From: Eledone cirrhosa
Taxonomy: Eukaryota
Direction of reading: 5' to 3'
Length of the DNA: 64,000 nucleotides
NCBI GenBank assembly: GCA_964016885.1
Contig: OZ024749.1
Location: 44,950,001 to 45,014,000 of the forward strand
The position numbers and the translations under genes were made by a program. Of this stretch, positions 44,774 through 60,481 are shown piece after piece (within the stretch, counting starts at the first letter, position 1; every line of letters begins with the position of its first letter). Below the pieces are notes generated by a model. That model saw only the letters and a program-made list of their open reading frames with translations. It searched no databases and was not told the DNA's origin.

Positions 44774-45277
44774 ACCTTGTCACCCACTGTCACTCCTTGC
44801 ATTGGTCAGCTCATTCGTGCACTCACACACATCTCCACACTCATAACAACTATGCCAGCTTTGTCACGGTTTGACACACATTCCCTCGCAGATCTACACA
44901 CGCATACGCACATGCCCACACCAGGATTATCTCCCGTTCAAACTACATAAATGGTGAAATAAATACAAAAGTGGGTAATCTTTTTCTCAAATATTCGGTG
45001 ATTACACCGGATGAGATTTATATTTGTAGCCCAATTAGTTAAAATCAGTCTAAAAAATTCAACTTTGTTTCTACCTCTTCGTGTTGCAGTGACGCCTCGT
45101 TTGATTCATTAATTTCAATGATCCGAAAATTCAAAAAATGGCAATTAATATTTAAAATACTTCATAGAAGGAAAGAGCATAAAATATCCTTAAAATTTCT
45201 ACGCACTAGCATGAATTTTTATTCTTATATAAATAATGAAATAAATAGAAACGTATAACCTTCATTATTTACTGAAC

Positions 45278-45463
45278 TGGATTGGCAGTATCGGTAGAGG
45301 GTCTGACACCATACTTTTCAGCAAAGAGTTACGGCCCTTTATGATCTGAGTTCAAATCCCGCCGAGGTCAACTTTGCCTTTCATCCTTACGGGGTCGATA
45401 ATATAAGGCACCAGTAATACACTGGGGTAAATGTTGGCTTGGTGCCAAAAGTAGAAACAATTA
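45278..45463 (+). mobile_element. SINE family 1 with 14-bp TSD
   Basis: attatttactgaac at 45264-45277 and 45460-45473. Confidence 0.94.
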
Positions 45464-46285
45464 TTTACTGAACACCCTTATAAAGTGTTATGGTTGGTTT
45501 CTTTGTTATACCTAAGGATATGTGATATACGGTCGACATTTTTCTTTAGTTGGGCCATTAGATCGTCGTTAGCGTCGTCTATCGAAATAAAATGTAATAT
45601 TTTAGTTACGTTTGTCTGGCCTCTGGATAGAGGAAGACACTGGGACGTCGATGTCATTTCGAGTTTCAAGTTCAGTGATTTCCTTTCGCACAGATTCTTA
45701 ATACATGCTATACATCCATCTCGTTTTTCATCTCGATAGTTTAGTATAAATATATACCGCATGGAACATAGAGGGAATGATTTGGATATATATATTCATT
45801 GTAGCTGTTTCGTAGATGATCACCATATCAGACCTCACCACACAGATATATAATGAAAGACATTCCCTATGTAATCATCACATTTTTATGTTCATATAGG
45901 ATTGTCTTGAATTTATACTCTGCGATGCCTCCTAAATTTAAGTTTAAGATCCAAGGGTGTTTTTTAGGGAGATATGTGACTACAATCTCTACGAGATCGA
46001 TCGAGTCACACAGATTCACCCTCCTTCTCCTCCCCCCTCTCCTCCGGCTCTTTAATGTAATAGGATTCTTACTAAGTAATAGTAATGGTTGCTTTTTAAA
46101 ATAATTTTCAAGAAGAAACACTGCTACATCAACTTACGTAAGAACACACATACAAATATGCAAACGTAAACACTTATCGTTTAGTTATAGACCCAGTAAA
46201 TCATTAATGAGTAGATGAGAATATCACGTACATCGTCTATTCTATATATTTATAAATTACAAATAAATATAGAATGGGTATTTAG

Positions 46286-46347
46286 GAAAAATTCATGAGT
46301 GAAAAAGTCATGAGTGAAAAAGTCATGAGTGAAAAAGTCATGAGTGA
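46286..46347. repeat. 15-bp tandem repeat, about 4 copies
   Basis: Unit gtcatgagtgaaaaa. Confidence 0.93.
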
Positions 46348-47564
46348 CATTTCTCTAATGGATAATCACATTATAAAATTCACCCAATGAAACGCATAAA
46401 TGTGTAAAAGGACACAGAATATACCTCTAGAGAGCCACTAGGGTGAAGCACTATTGATTTCATTGTCCTGCATGAATCTAGTTGTTTTCTAATATCTTGA
46501 CAAGGATTTCAACCGCCCGCAGTTGTAAATTCGGAAAAAGAAAACATCCACTGCTGCTTGGCAAAAGACATTTGCCTATGAAGCTGATGTCTTGTAACAG
46601 GGCATGCCTAAATGTCAGCCGTCTCAGAGAAATGAAGACGCCTCTAAGCGGTCAAAAATAGCCGACAAATTCCCTCACATTTACGATATATTGTATCAAA
46701 ACCGGAAGATTGCATTGAAAATCGTATCCCTAGATGTAGAAAAATCCAGAATAGACACGATTGGAATGTTATTGTTCATAAGTCGGCCTAATCGTAGCTG
46801 ACTTGGGGGGAACATCAACAATAACGCTTGCCTCCTAGGCGTACCACTCTGTAATTGATTTATTTGACAAAGAGTTCTATTGTTTTCAGTAAATTATTCA
46901 AGTTAACCCATTCATTAAGTGCTGCCTTGAGAAAATGATTTCTTTCTAGTATGAAACTTTTTAGGTACAAAGCCAGCAGTTTGGTGTGTGAGTGACTGTC
47001 GATTAAATCGACTCCAATATTTGAGGGGTTCTTTAAGTTATTGTTTTATAAAAGCTAAATTTCAAATTTTAACTCAGCATGTGTGTTTGTCTCTATATTC
47101 ATTAGGACAAAACCATTTCAGATTAAATTATATAATATTTCCAAAATAGATATATTTTACACGGTGACTGTATTACAGAAATATTTCTGTTTTTGGTACC
47201 ATTTCTACTTTTTTACCTGCTTTGCTTTCGCAAAATCTCTCTTGTAGAAATACAGTCGACGTAGAAATAGATGTGGAACTGCAAGTGGACCACTTAGAAA
47301 CCGATAGTGACAGAATGGTAGAGAAACATAGGAAGGGACAGGGGGAGATATAGGTTCAGAGAGAGGGAGAGAGAGAGAGGGAGAGAGAGGGGGGGGGAGA
47401 GGGAATAAGAATAAAGGTGAAAGTGTTTTGTGACTTGAGGACTCATGAGTAGCAAGAGAATGGAGGAAGGCATAATTAAGACCAACAAGTATCATGAACC
47501 ATTTATGCTAATTCGCCCTCTCCACCATTTCTCACATATAACTGTGCGTATTTACACACAGACA

Positions 47565-47684
47565 CACACACACACACATATATATAAAGAGAGAGAGAGA
47601 GAGAGAGAGAGAAGTACATATGTGTACATACATATATATATATGTAATATATATATATATACACACATACTTACGCACACAGAC

Positions 47685-47738
<54 letters not shown>

Positions 47739-47804
47739 ATGTATGTATATATATATATATGTGTATATATATATATATACACACACACACATATATATAT
47801 ATAA

Positions 47805-47839
<35 letters not shown>

Positions 47840-47917
47840 AGTACATATGTGTACATACATACATATATATATATATGTAATGTATATATATATACACACA
47901 TACTTACGCACACAGAC

Positions 47918-47981
<64 letters not shown>

Positions 47982-48029
47982 ATGTATGTATATATATATA
48001 TGTGTATATATATATATACACACACACAC

Positions 48030-48040
<11 letters not shown>
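47565..48040. repeat. Tandem duplication (~230 bp) of a compound microsatellite block
   Basis: Anchors gaagtacatatgtgtacatac and catacttacgcacacagacacaaat occur twice in the same order. Confidence 0.88.
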
Positions 48041-48096
<56 letters not shown>

Positions 48097-48652
48097 CATA
48101 CATGTATTTTTATTTTTAAGTCTCATGTGTTTGTTTACTTTTCTTTTATCCGTTTTTCTCTCATGTCTGCCATTAAATCACTCCCATGGCTTAAATGACA
48201 TGAAAAATGAGTATGTCCATGGTTCTGTGATGCATGGTCATTCATCGCATCGGCTTGCTCTACGTAAGTTTGTATTAATCCACCTCTTTGATCTACGAAC
48301 GAAGCTGTTTAAACTCATTCGACTTAACTATATCAAGTTTTTCTCCGTGAAGATTACTAGAAATTAAATCTGTTCTTTTTTTTTATTACTTATTATTATT
48401 TTGCTTTTATTTTTATCTATATTTTTATCTTTGTTTTTATATCACTCTTTTTATATTCATTTCTCTTCTCTGGGCTGCCACAAATTTCCGCTCAAATGTG
48501 TCTTCACATCTTAACTACCTGTAAAATTGTTAAACTAATTTAATTAAAACTTATCATCTCGCCAAACATCAAATATTACTTCCAAATATTACTTTACTTT
48601 TGGCAAATTTCATATGCCTATTTATGCATACATGTATACATATATAGGTATA

Positions 48653-48834
<182 letters not shown>

Positions 48835-48983
48835 TTTATATATGTATATATATGTATTTGTGTGTGTGAGAGTATATGTGTGTATGTTTTTTTGTATGTG
48901 TACGTATGTGTTTGAGTGGTTTGCGCATGTGAATCTGTATGTCTGTGTCATGGGAAGAAAGTATGTTTATGTGTGGCTGTATC

Positions 48984-49071
<88 letters not shown>

Positions 49072-50504
49072 TGTGTGTATAATTTGGTGCAGTACAGGAA
49101 AGAATTGCCGTTAAACCTTCAACAACACTAATATATATTTTCTGAATATTTCGTTAACCTAGTGTGCGATTTCACAGGAGAAGCTTCGGCAATTTCATTT
49201 CCTTTAGTGAAAGTATCAGTCCTTAGTGCATTCTTTAATACACAATGGATAACCTATCCACCAGGCTTCTAGGCGGCTTTACATAGTGATTAGAGGAGTT
49301 GTTGTTCTTGTTTTTTTTTTATTATATTATGTAGAAGAGAGAAGATTCGTAAGATTGATGCCCAGCCGGAAAACTTTAAAAATACTGTCTGCAGTAACAT
49401 TGCTTTGGATTGCACCATTTGTCTGGTATGAATTATAAAGAAATCGAAGTGCTAATTTTTGCTGTGAATTCAGGCTCCAACTTCAGCCTGTACCCCAAGA
49501 ACCGACTAGGGGTATGTTATGGTATATTAGAATTAGTACCACATTCTGAAGGGTACACCTGTACTTATATATGTCATTACTTGTAATAAAATGTTAGTGA
49601 AGAAGGAACGTGATGACTGGGTCAAACGCTAGAGACAGTCTGAAGTCTGGTAAATAAATCAATCTAATGTTGATCACATTTACTCTAGTGCTGTAAATGC
49701 TAGCACGACGTGTGAACAGCTATCATTAAATTTATGTTCGCTGAGAAAACATTTTGCGACAACCTGTTGCACGCTAACATCGGAAACATATATTCATTTT
49801 CACCTTTATCTTTGTAAGAAAATACTATCTTGAAATGACTGTCAGTCATATAAACTCGTGTAACGCTGTCATAATATTTGTAGATATCATTCAAAATCTG
49901 AAGATTATCAAACGAAATCCTAGTATATGAGAACAATCTTGAAAAGTGAAATTCACGTTTGGGAGTTATTATGTAACTTTGAAACATTAAAATTCTCTAC
50001 ATTTCGTGGCATGGATTTTTATATAGAAATGAATACAAATTATAATGGCTTATAATGATATACATAAATGCATTATAAATCTTTCTATACAAATTTATAA
50101 TCAATCTCCTCGTGCAAATCTAATCGATGAAGTCTATCACAGGAATTCCAACATCTTAGAATGTGGAATATACTAACTCGTTTCGTCTTTCTTAAGACTC
50201 ATCATAGTCGTTTACCATACTTATCAACTGCTGAAATATTTGTGATTTATTCATAAGATATGTATTCACAGTGGTTCGCTTATTAAACATTTTATATTTT
50301 TACATTTATTCAAAACAACGCTATGTAGGACATAGTTATAAAACACGCCCACACATAGAGACAGACAAGCACGTACACACAATCATATGTATAAATATAC
50401 ACATATATATATATATACACAAGCACTCACACATATATTCGTACATTTGTGAGCGTAGCTGCGTGGGCTTCCATACATGTGTGTCCGCAACAATATAATT
50501 GCGT

Positions 50505-52089
<1,585 letters not shown>

Positions 52090-52090
<1 letters not shown>

Positions 52091-52986
52091 CTTGCTCTCT
52101 TTCTCCTGTTCTCTCCCATTCTTTTCCACATTTTTCTCTCTCCCTCTCTTTTCCATGTTACTCCATCATCTCTTCCTCTCCATTAATAACTACTTCACAT
52201 AATCCCACTCTCTCTATATTCCTCTTCTCTTTCCCTCATCTCTATATCTTTCTCTTTATATATCACGTTGTTTCTATTTCTCTCACCTCCAATCGACTCT
52301 CTTTTAATATATTTATCTCTCTCCCTCTCTCTCGCGTCCTCACTACACTTGCTCCCTATCTTTCCTACCTTCATGTTTCTATTTGTCTCCCTTTGTAAGC
52401 TCTCCTCTCCCCCTCTCTCTCCCTCATCCTCTCTTTACTTACTCCCTATTTGTCATCTATCTTAACTTCATTTTCCTATTTCTCTCACTCTCTCTCACTC
52501 TCTCCCTCCCTCTCTCCTCCTCTCTTTTCCGACTCCCTATTTTTCTTATATTCATATTTCTATTGCTCTCTCTCGTTCTATGCTCTTCTCAGTCTGCCTC
52601 CTCTCTCTCGTCTCTCTCTCAGTTCTCTCTCTCTCCCTCTCCCTCTCTCTCTCTCTCCTCCTTTCTCACTCTCTTCTTCCTCACCCCTCACTTATTCTAC
52701 ACCTCTTTCTAGCACTACTTCTCATTATTTAACCTCATTTTACCATGTCTCCTGTAACATAACAACTCCAAGGTGTCCCGGATTTACATACAACCTAAAT
52801 ATCCCAATGATCCGCACGCATGCTCACAAACACATACACATTCATAGATAAACACACGCTCTCATTCACACAGACCTACACGTACACACAGAGAAACAAC
52901 ACGCGAATTTAAACATGCATATCCCTCCCTCTCTCACAATCCTTTTCTCTCTCACTCTCCCTCTTTCTCTTTTTACCGTCCATTTC

Positions 52987-53061
<75 letters not shown>

Positions 53062-53187
53062 CTCTCACAATCTCCCTCTATTTCACGTTCTGTCAGCCTG
53101 TCTCACTGTTTGTCTCTCTCTGTCCCCCCTCTCTATCTCTCTCTCCCTATTATGTTTATCTCTCTCTCCCCTTCTCTCCTACTCTCT

Positions 53188-53224
<37 letters not shown>

Positions 53225-53236
53225 CTCTCTCTCTCT
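52090..53236. repeat. Polypyrimidine / decayed (CT)n region
   Basis: Strong C+T strand bias. Confidence 0.9.
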
Positions 53237-53638
53237 GAGAATCACACAAATTCCTTATTTATCTTTTTCACCCACGCGCACAACTAACAGAAAAAATGCA
53301 CGCCTACGAACTCACATAGCTAAGCGCAGACATCTAAAAATTTAAATGCACAATTCACACACACATACATATACGTACTTACATTTACTCTCTCCTTCTT
53401 TCCTCTCCTAACACTCGTATTTAATGTAGTATATTACATATTCAGTATTAAGTAATTAGTCTATAGCCAAGAACTTTTGAGGAGGGGTAGGCATCAAAAT
53501 ATAAACCAAGGGAAAACAAAAATATCCCAAATAGGAGGTCAGAAGAAAGTACAATGTTTCCGAGCAGTGTCTATCATAGCAGTAACAGCCCTAGATAACC
53601 TGGGCGGAATTTCTATGATACTATTAGTTTATTGGATA

Positions 53639-53860
53639 GGTGGTGGATTGGCAGAATTGGTAGTGTGCCGGACACTATACTTCGTGACACAGAGTTACGG
53701 ACATTTAACCTTCTGGGTTCAATTCCCACCGGGGTTAGCTTTGTTTTCCAACCTTACGTGGTCGATAAAATATAGTAACAGTAACGCACTGGGGTCGATG
53801 TAATCGACTTTTCCCTCTCCAAAAATTGTTGGCATCGTGCCTAAACAAGAAACTATTATT
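53639..53860 (+). mobile_element. SINE family 1 variant with long tail
   Basis: tggcagaattgg A-box, gggttcaattcc B-box, body and tail. Confidence 0.85.
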
Positions 53861-54817
53861 AGTCGGCTGTATTTCATTATCTGTTTATTTCTATAGTAAT
53901 TTAAGTAATCTTTTATTCCTTTTCTTCACCACTGTCCTCAGTACATTTCTTAAGGTCTCAGATCCGATCCTCCTGCTTGGCCCATTTAGCAAAAGTCTAC
54001 TGTTATAGCATCGGATCGATGCCCGTTAAGCACTTGAAACAAACAAGTCGTAATGAATGAATTGTATGTCTGATTTGAACAACACAGTGTCATCTTGGTT
54101 CAAATATAATGTTTACATAACATGTGCAACTTTCACAGAAATAATCAGCTTCGTAAATGAATAAATTATGTAATTTTGTTTATCAATCAACTGGAATATC
54201 TATCAACAAAAACTGATGATTGATTCATTTACTGTTCCTAATATACGATATATTTTCTGTAGTATTGGCATTACAACCGTCATTGATCTATTTTCAAAGT
54301 TGCTATATATGGTATTCCTCGTAATATTTCATGGACGCTCATTGTATCCTCACACAATAAGAAATGTCACAATTTCTGTCAGACATCTACAAATCTTCAG
54401 TGTGACCTACATAAGTATAATATATAATTTCCCAGAAATATGTTGTTGTCTTTATATTCATATAATCCAACGCCATGTCTTCATTCAACATATCATATAT
54501 AGCAACACAATCTACATCAATTCACTGGCTATTGTCTTGACACGGAAGATTACCCTACATAATATGGCCCGACATACACCTAAAAATAACGGTATGTGGA
54601 TCTTATTAACAGATGACCGCTCTTCTAAGCTTTCGGGGGTTTTAGGGCCGATCTGACATTTCAGCTTTTTATTCAACTACAATAAAAAGATAGACTCGTC
54701 CCTAGATTCTGTGGAGGACCTAGGATTTAGACTAGTATATATATAGTACCAAAAAGTTATATGAAGGATGTCATGTCTAAGAATATCAGAATCATGCACC
54801 ATACCATCCTACATTTG

Positions 54818-54868
<51 letters not shown>

Positions 54869-54874
54869 GTATAC

Positions 54875-54920
<46 letters not shown>

Positions 54921-54975
54921 GTATATATATGTATATGTATATATATATATGTATATATATATATACATATACATA

Positions 54976-55015
<40 letters not shown>

Positions 55016-55084
55016 TATGTATATGTATATATACATATACATATATATGTATATATACATATATATGTATATGTATATATACAT

Positions 55085-55122
<38 letters not shown>

Positions 55123-55131
55123 GTATATATA

Positions 55132-55230
<99 letters not shown>

Positions 55231-55510
55231 CATATAAGAAGTGTCTTCGATGCGACACCCAGGAATATTAAGCTTGTACTCGTAGCATAATGAGATGCAG
55301 AGTTTCCACAATATCATTTTCTGTAGGCGTTGAAATTTAAAATGAATTGCCCCGATTTCGATAGTATGGGAATATTTTACAAAGGACAAGGACATGGTTG
55401 CTATAAGTACTCTTGCAAATATTTGAAGAAAAAAACAAACAAATTATGTCTATCAACAACTTAACCTTGTGTGTGAGTGTGTCAGTTTCTATGAATGTAA
55501 GTGGTTGTAT

Positions 55511-56051
55511 AATAATTGTTTCTATTTTTGGCACAAGGCCAGCAATTACACAGTATATTACTGGCACTTTATTTTATCGACCCCGTAAGGATGAAAGGCA
55601 AAGTTAACCACGGCGGCATTTTAACCCAGGCTGTAAAGGGCCGTAACTCTATGCTGCAAAGAATGGGGTACGACACTCTACCGATAATTGTTTCTACTTT
55701 TGGCTCAAGGCCAGCAATTATTCCAGTGTATTACTGGTTCTTTATTTTATCGACCCCGTAAGGATGAAAGGCAAACTTAACCACGGCGGGGATTTGAACC
55801 CAGCCTGTAAAGGGCCGTAACTCAATGCTGCAAAGCATGGGGTACGACACTCTACCGGTAATTGTTTCTACTTTTGGCATAAGGCCAGCAATTATCCCAG
55901 TGTATTGCTGGTACTTTATTTTGTCGACCCCGTAAGGATGAAAGGCAAACTTAACCACGGCGGGAGTTGAACCCAGGCCGTAAAGAGCCGCAACTCTATG
56001 CTGCAAGCCATGGTGTCCGACCCTCTACTGATACTGCCAATCCAATCCACC
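55511..56051 (-). mobile_element. Head-to-tail SINE family 1 trimer
   Basis: Units of about 173 bp starting near 55511, 55684 and 55858. Only the rightmost unit has the full head. Confidence 0.93.
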
Positions 56052-56319
56052 GTGTCTGTGTAATAATGGCTATGCAATGTTTCAAACACTTATATGTGAG
56101 ATATATGTGACTATGTTTAGTAATAAATATGTATGTATTAATATCAATAGGTAATCCTGAGCATATGTTTGTGTGTGTTTATATGTTCCTAGGTGTGTAT
56201 GACAATGTGTTACTCTCTATTTGTTTGTGTGTGGTTTATTTACGTGCGTATGTATATATTCTATGTTGTTTGTGGTATTAGGAAAGAGTTATTTGCTCTT
56301 GACGACAGCGTTTGTGAGA

Positions 56320-56750
56320 ATGTTGTTGTTAATGATGCTGTTGTCTTTGTCGATGTCGATGGTAATGCTGTTGTCCTTGGTGGTGGTGGTGGTGGTGGTG
56401 GTGGTGGTGGTGCAGTAGATGTTTCTGATATTGATATTAGCGTTGATGCTGCTGTTGTTGATAATGTTGATGATACTGGTGTTGACGGTGTTTATTTATG
56501 AAGATGACGTTATTCTCTGTTGTTGTTGTTGTTGTTGATGATGTTGTTGTTGTCTACATTGATGTTGATGATGCTGTTGTTGTCTACATTGATGTTGATG
56601 ATGTTGTTGGGCTGACAGTGGTGGTGGCGTGGTGCTGTTGTCAATGCGCTTAGGGGTGATGGTCTTGGTGGTGGTGGTGGTGGTGGTGGTATAGTTGTTG
56701 ATAACGATGTTGTTGATAACGATGTTGTTGATGATATTGATATTGTTGTT
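56320..56750. repeat. Compound (GTT)/(GGT)/(GAT) trinucleotide low-complexity region
   Basis: Directly visible. Confidence 0.9.
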
Positions 56751-57163
56751 TGCGTTATAGGAAGTATGCGTCTAGGCATGTAAAATTGAATTCCTTGAAT
56801 GGAAATAAGGTTTTTGAAGCTGTAGACACGTCTATGATTTAAATGTATCCTTTGTACAAGGATGGTCTAATGGATTTCATAAATAAGAGAGAGAGAGAAA
56901 ATAGAAAAAAATAAACGGATAAGAAGATAGACAAAATAAACGAAAAAAATATATAATTGAATGCGTTTTAAATCCAGGATATTACACACTATTACATAGA
57001 CACACACACACACAAACACAGCAACACACGCACAAACAGTCAGATGTATACATATAGACAAATATACACGGACACGCTCAGACACACGCTTACACACACT
57101 CACAGACATACACGCACACACATACACACACATACAACATACACACACGCATATATACATATG

Positions 57164-57243
<80 letters not shown>

Positions 57244-57252
57244 CAGTATATA

Positions 57253-57454
57253 TAACAAAGGAAATATGGTAAGGAACGAGATGGACCATAACGCACCAGA
57301 GAACTCAATTCTTATGGTAGTAGAGTGGGAAATAGGAAAAAGTATGACCCCGACGGCAGAGATCAAGCCGTTTCGATGGCTATTTCTGGAATAAATTCTG
57401 TCCATAACTAGCCGTCGAGACAGCTTGAGCTCTGCCGTCGTGGTCATACTTTTT

Positions 57455-57458
<4 letters not shown>
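57253..57458. mobile_element. TA-embedded hairpin element
   Basis: Fourth, more diverged copy. Confidence 0.88.
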
Positions 57459-57497
<39 letters not shown>

Positions 57498-57500
57498 ACG

Positions 57501-57684
57501 TACGATATTAAACAAATGGAAACTATATTTATAAAACCATATTTATTTCATTATACATATTTCGGGGATACCATATTAAAAATATGGCATGCCTTCTTCA
57601 GATAAAATACATGGCATCCCCGAAATATGTATAATGAAATAAATATGGTTTTATAAATATAGTTTCCATTTGTTTAATATCGTA
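57501..57684 (-). mobile_element. Fold-back element with 74-bp arms 57501-57574 and 57611-57684
   Basis: Near-perfect inverted duplication of the 22.9/28.1 kb family 3' end. Confidence 0.92.
57544..57609 (-). ncRNA. Type I hammerhead ribozyme
   Basis: UAUUUUAU-CUGAAGA-AGGCAUGCCAUAUU UUU AAUAUGGUAUCCCC-GAA-AUAUGUAU-A|AUGAAAUA. Confidence 0.8.
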
Positions 57685-58159
57685 TATCTACTCCAAAACT
57701 TGTCGAGTGCTTTATATCAGTTATAAAATATTTACTTGTTGTAACCCAACAATTTTAAATAAAACTTTTGCATATATGTATATATATATATTTTTTCCAT
57801 TTATTAATATTATTGATATTAATAATATTGCCGATAATAACTGTTGAGTGCTTCTAATCTTTTGTGAAATTAACTCTGTTGACTAATAGGAAAGCCATGG
57901 ACGACACCAGGTCTTTTTAGCTATGATTTTGAAAGTAGGTTTATAATTATCAATTTTAATTTTAATTTTGTAGCTGTCTCGGTGGCCTAGTAGGATGAAT
58001 CATACATGAATAAAAAAACAACTAATAACTTATTGTTTATGTATATATATATATACAAATAAAGATTCAGCGAGAAATGCATTTCGGCGGGCAGGAAAAG
58101 CGAAGCGAAACGCAAAATATATATATATATATATTATCGTCTTCCTGTCTTCCTTCGGT

Positions 58160-58266
58160 TGCAACGTTTTTTGAAATATTTGCTCTACGGTTCTTATATA
58201 TTTGATATATATTTATCCCTATCGAGCCCTCTTTGGATTTTAGTCTTCAAATTTATTATTATTACT
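58160..58266 (+). mobile_element. Copy of the 42.2 kb family lacking the HHR segment
   Basis: gcaacgttttttgaaatatt is joined directly to tgctctacggttc...attattacta. Confidence 0.8.
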
Positions 58267-58305
58267 ATATATATATATATATATATATACACCACATCTT
58301 AGTTT

Positions 58306-58383
58306 TGCCCGATGATAACTAAACTGGCAGACATAATAATATATCTGTCCTATGTTGGTTAAAGTTTGAAACCAAAAGTAGCG
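58306..58383 (+). ncRNA. Decayed hammerhead motif with long stem II
   Basis: UGC-CCGAUGA-UAACU..GCAGA..UCUGU..AGUUU-GAA-AC CAAAA GU-A|GCG. Confidence 0.45.
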
Positions 58384-58432
58384 TGCATTTGAATTTAGAT
58401 CTTATTCATATAATTCAGATCTTATTCATATA

Positions 58433-58464
<32 letters not shown>

Positions 58465-58706
58465 GGTGTGTGTGTGTGTGTGTAATTGCAGGTGTTTTTG
58501 TATTTGTTACAGCCTAATGTACCTCTTTAGTATCAGGTTAATTGATACATTTTCTGTGTTCATATCTCTAACAATAATATACTGTCTTTGTATTTCAATT
58601 ATGAAATTAACCGAGAAATATTAAACATTAAGTGTAATAACTAACTTTCAACTTGATAATAAAGGCAAATATTTCTCTATTTAAATTTAATTTTATCTGT
58701 GATATA

Positions 58707-58892
58707 ATAATTGTTTCTACTTTAGGCACAAGGCTAGCAAATACCCAGTGCATTACTGGTACTTTATTTTATCGACCCCGTAAGGATGAAAGGCAAAGTC
58801 AACCTCGGCGGGATTTGAACTCAGATCGTAAAGGGACGTAACTATGCTGGAAAGCATGGCGTCCGACCCTCTACCGATACTGCCAATTCACC
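58707..58892 (-). mobile_element. SINE family 1 with 14-bp TSD
   Basis: gtgatataataatt at 58699-58712 and 58893-58906. Confidence 0.94.
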
Positions 58893-59045
58893 GTGATATA
58901 ATAATTAATGTTTATTCATTTGAAGGTCTGAGATATAATTCAAACACAGTTATAGAACTCGTTTCGTTTTTCTTAATATGTAACGGGTGAATGTTCAGAA
59001 ATATGATGTAAATGATTTTCTCTCTTACATATGTTGACATTTTCT

Positions 59046-59429
59046 CTATTACTAATAACATTATATAGTACCGATGATTTATTTTCTTAAAATCGTATTT
59101 TGACTGAGGTTCGGCAACTATTTCTAGCATTTTGAGTAACTATATAGGCTTGTCTCTAGATGCTTCATTGTAATCAAGTTTTTTTTTATGTGTTTGTAGA
59201 CGTCTTTTGTGCTGTGGTTATCCTGTCTCCATTAGAGCTATTACTAATAACATTATATAGTACCGATGATTTATTTTCTTAAAATGGTATTTTGACTGAG
59301 GTTCGGCAACTATTTCTAGCATTTTGAGTAACTATATAGGCTTGTCTCTAGATGCTTCATTGTAATCAAGTTTTTTTTATGTGTTTGTAGATGTCTTTTG
59401 TGCTGTGGTTATCCTGTCTCCATTAGAGC
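59046..59429. repeat. 192-bp tandem duplication
   Basis: 59046-59237 and 59238-59429 are near-identical. Confidence 0.95.
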
Positions 59430-59431
59430 AC

Positions 59432-59643
59432 TATGTTAAGGTCTTTGTTCACAAATGCTGTGCATGTCTGCGAAATGATGTCTAGCTTGGGTGTAGATGA
59501 CGCCTGCGTGAGAAATTTTTATAGTCTTGTGAAAGACGGTATCGTCTGCATACGAATGTGTTCGGGTGGAAGTAACAGCGTGTAAGTTGAATTAATAGAA
59601 TGAAGGAAGAATGTGGGAGACATGAACATGCTCTGGGGCGTAC
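59432..59643 (-). mobile_element. CR1/L2/Jockey-like LINE RT fragment
   Basis: Minus translation TPQSMFMSPTFFL (GVPQGSVLSPTLFL-like), then after a frameshift VTSTRTHSYADDTVFH. Confidence 0.75.
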
Positions 59644-60315
59644 TAGATTAATTTGTGTGCATATATGTGTGTGTATTTGTGTGAGTATGTGCGAATGGCT
59701 GTATATCTGTGTATGACTGCATGCTTTTGTTTGTACTTGTGTGTGGCTGTGCTTGTTGGTATATGTGTGTATGAGTGTGAAAAATAGTTGGAATCAATGG
59801 GAGCAACAAATGTAGATTTATCATCAAAGAGACCGATAAAGGAATCGTTAAGAAGTAAAGTACGCGAGGATTCTGCTATTAGAAATGTTTTTACGCCTAG
59901 GGACATTAAAACTCAATTGCATCACAAAAAGCAAAATAACTCGCCCACCTGACTATGATAAAAACACCATCTGTTTTTTCTTTTCTTTTTTTCTTATTTG
60001 TTTGTCTATACTGATTGTCTGTTTTGTATTCTTTACACGGCAGGATTCAAAATAAACTACAGTTGTCATACACAATAGATTATGACTTATTAATATGTAC
60101 TAGGGTATGGGTTTCAATTGCCATTGCAGCAGCAAGAAGATACAGTCAACGTCTTAAACGACCCTCTATTGAGCCAATGAAACAAGCAGAATATAATACT
60201 GGAAAACATTGGGAATGCACCTTATAGCATCTCAAAATGACGTGCAGAAATGTGGACCTTGAAAGGATTTGAAATTCAAAGAGAAGAAACGCATTTCATA
60301 TTGCACAAAAATGTA

Positions 60316-60481
60316 CCGTATTTCTCGGCGTCGAAAACACGACTTTTTCCCTAAAATAAGTCTAAAAAATCACCATGGGTCCTGGAGGCCGAAGGTTATT
60401 TTTTATTTTTTTTCAAATTTTTGGCTGTCAAAATTAGGGTGTGTCCTCGAGAACGAAACCTCTTCGGCGCCGGAAATACGG
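60316..60481. mobile_element. Tc2/pogo-like MITE, 166 bp
   Basis: TA|CCGTATTTCTCGGCGTCGAA ... TTCGGCGCCGGAAATACGG|TA, i.e. TIRs with a TA duplication. Confidence 0.88.

Noticed and set aside
45478-45762. Overlapping ORFs on both strands
   Set aside because: No motif or family similarity recognised.
49357-49440. Short hydrophobic ORF MPSRKTLKILSAVTLLWIAPFVW as a signal-peptide exon
   Set aside because: Too short, with no downstream exon support.
49893-49930. CUGAAGA..GAAAU on the plus strand
   Set aside because: No stem II pairing.
54360-54405. CUGAAGA..GAAAU on the minus strand
   Set aside because: No room for stem III and NUH before the putative stem I.
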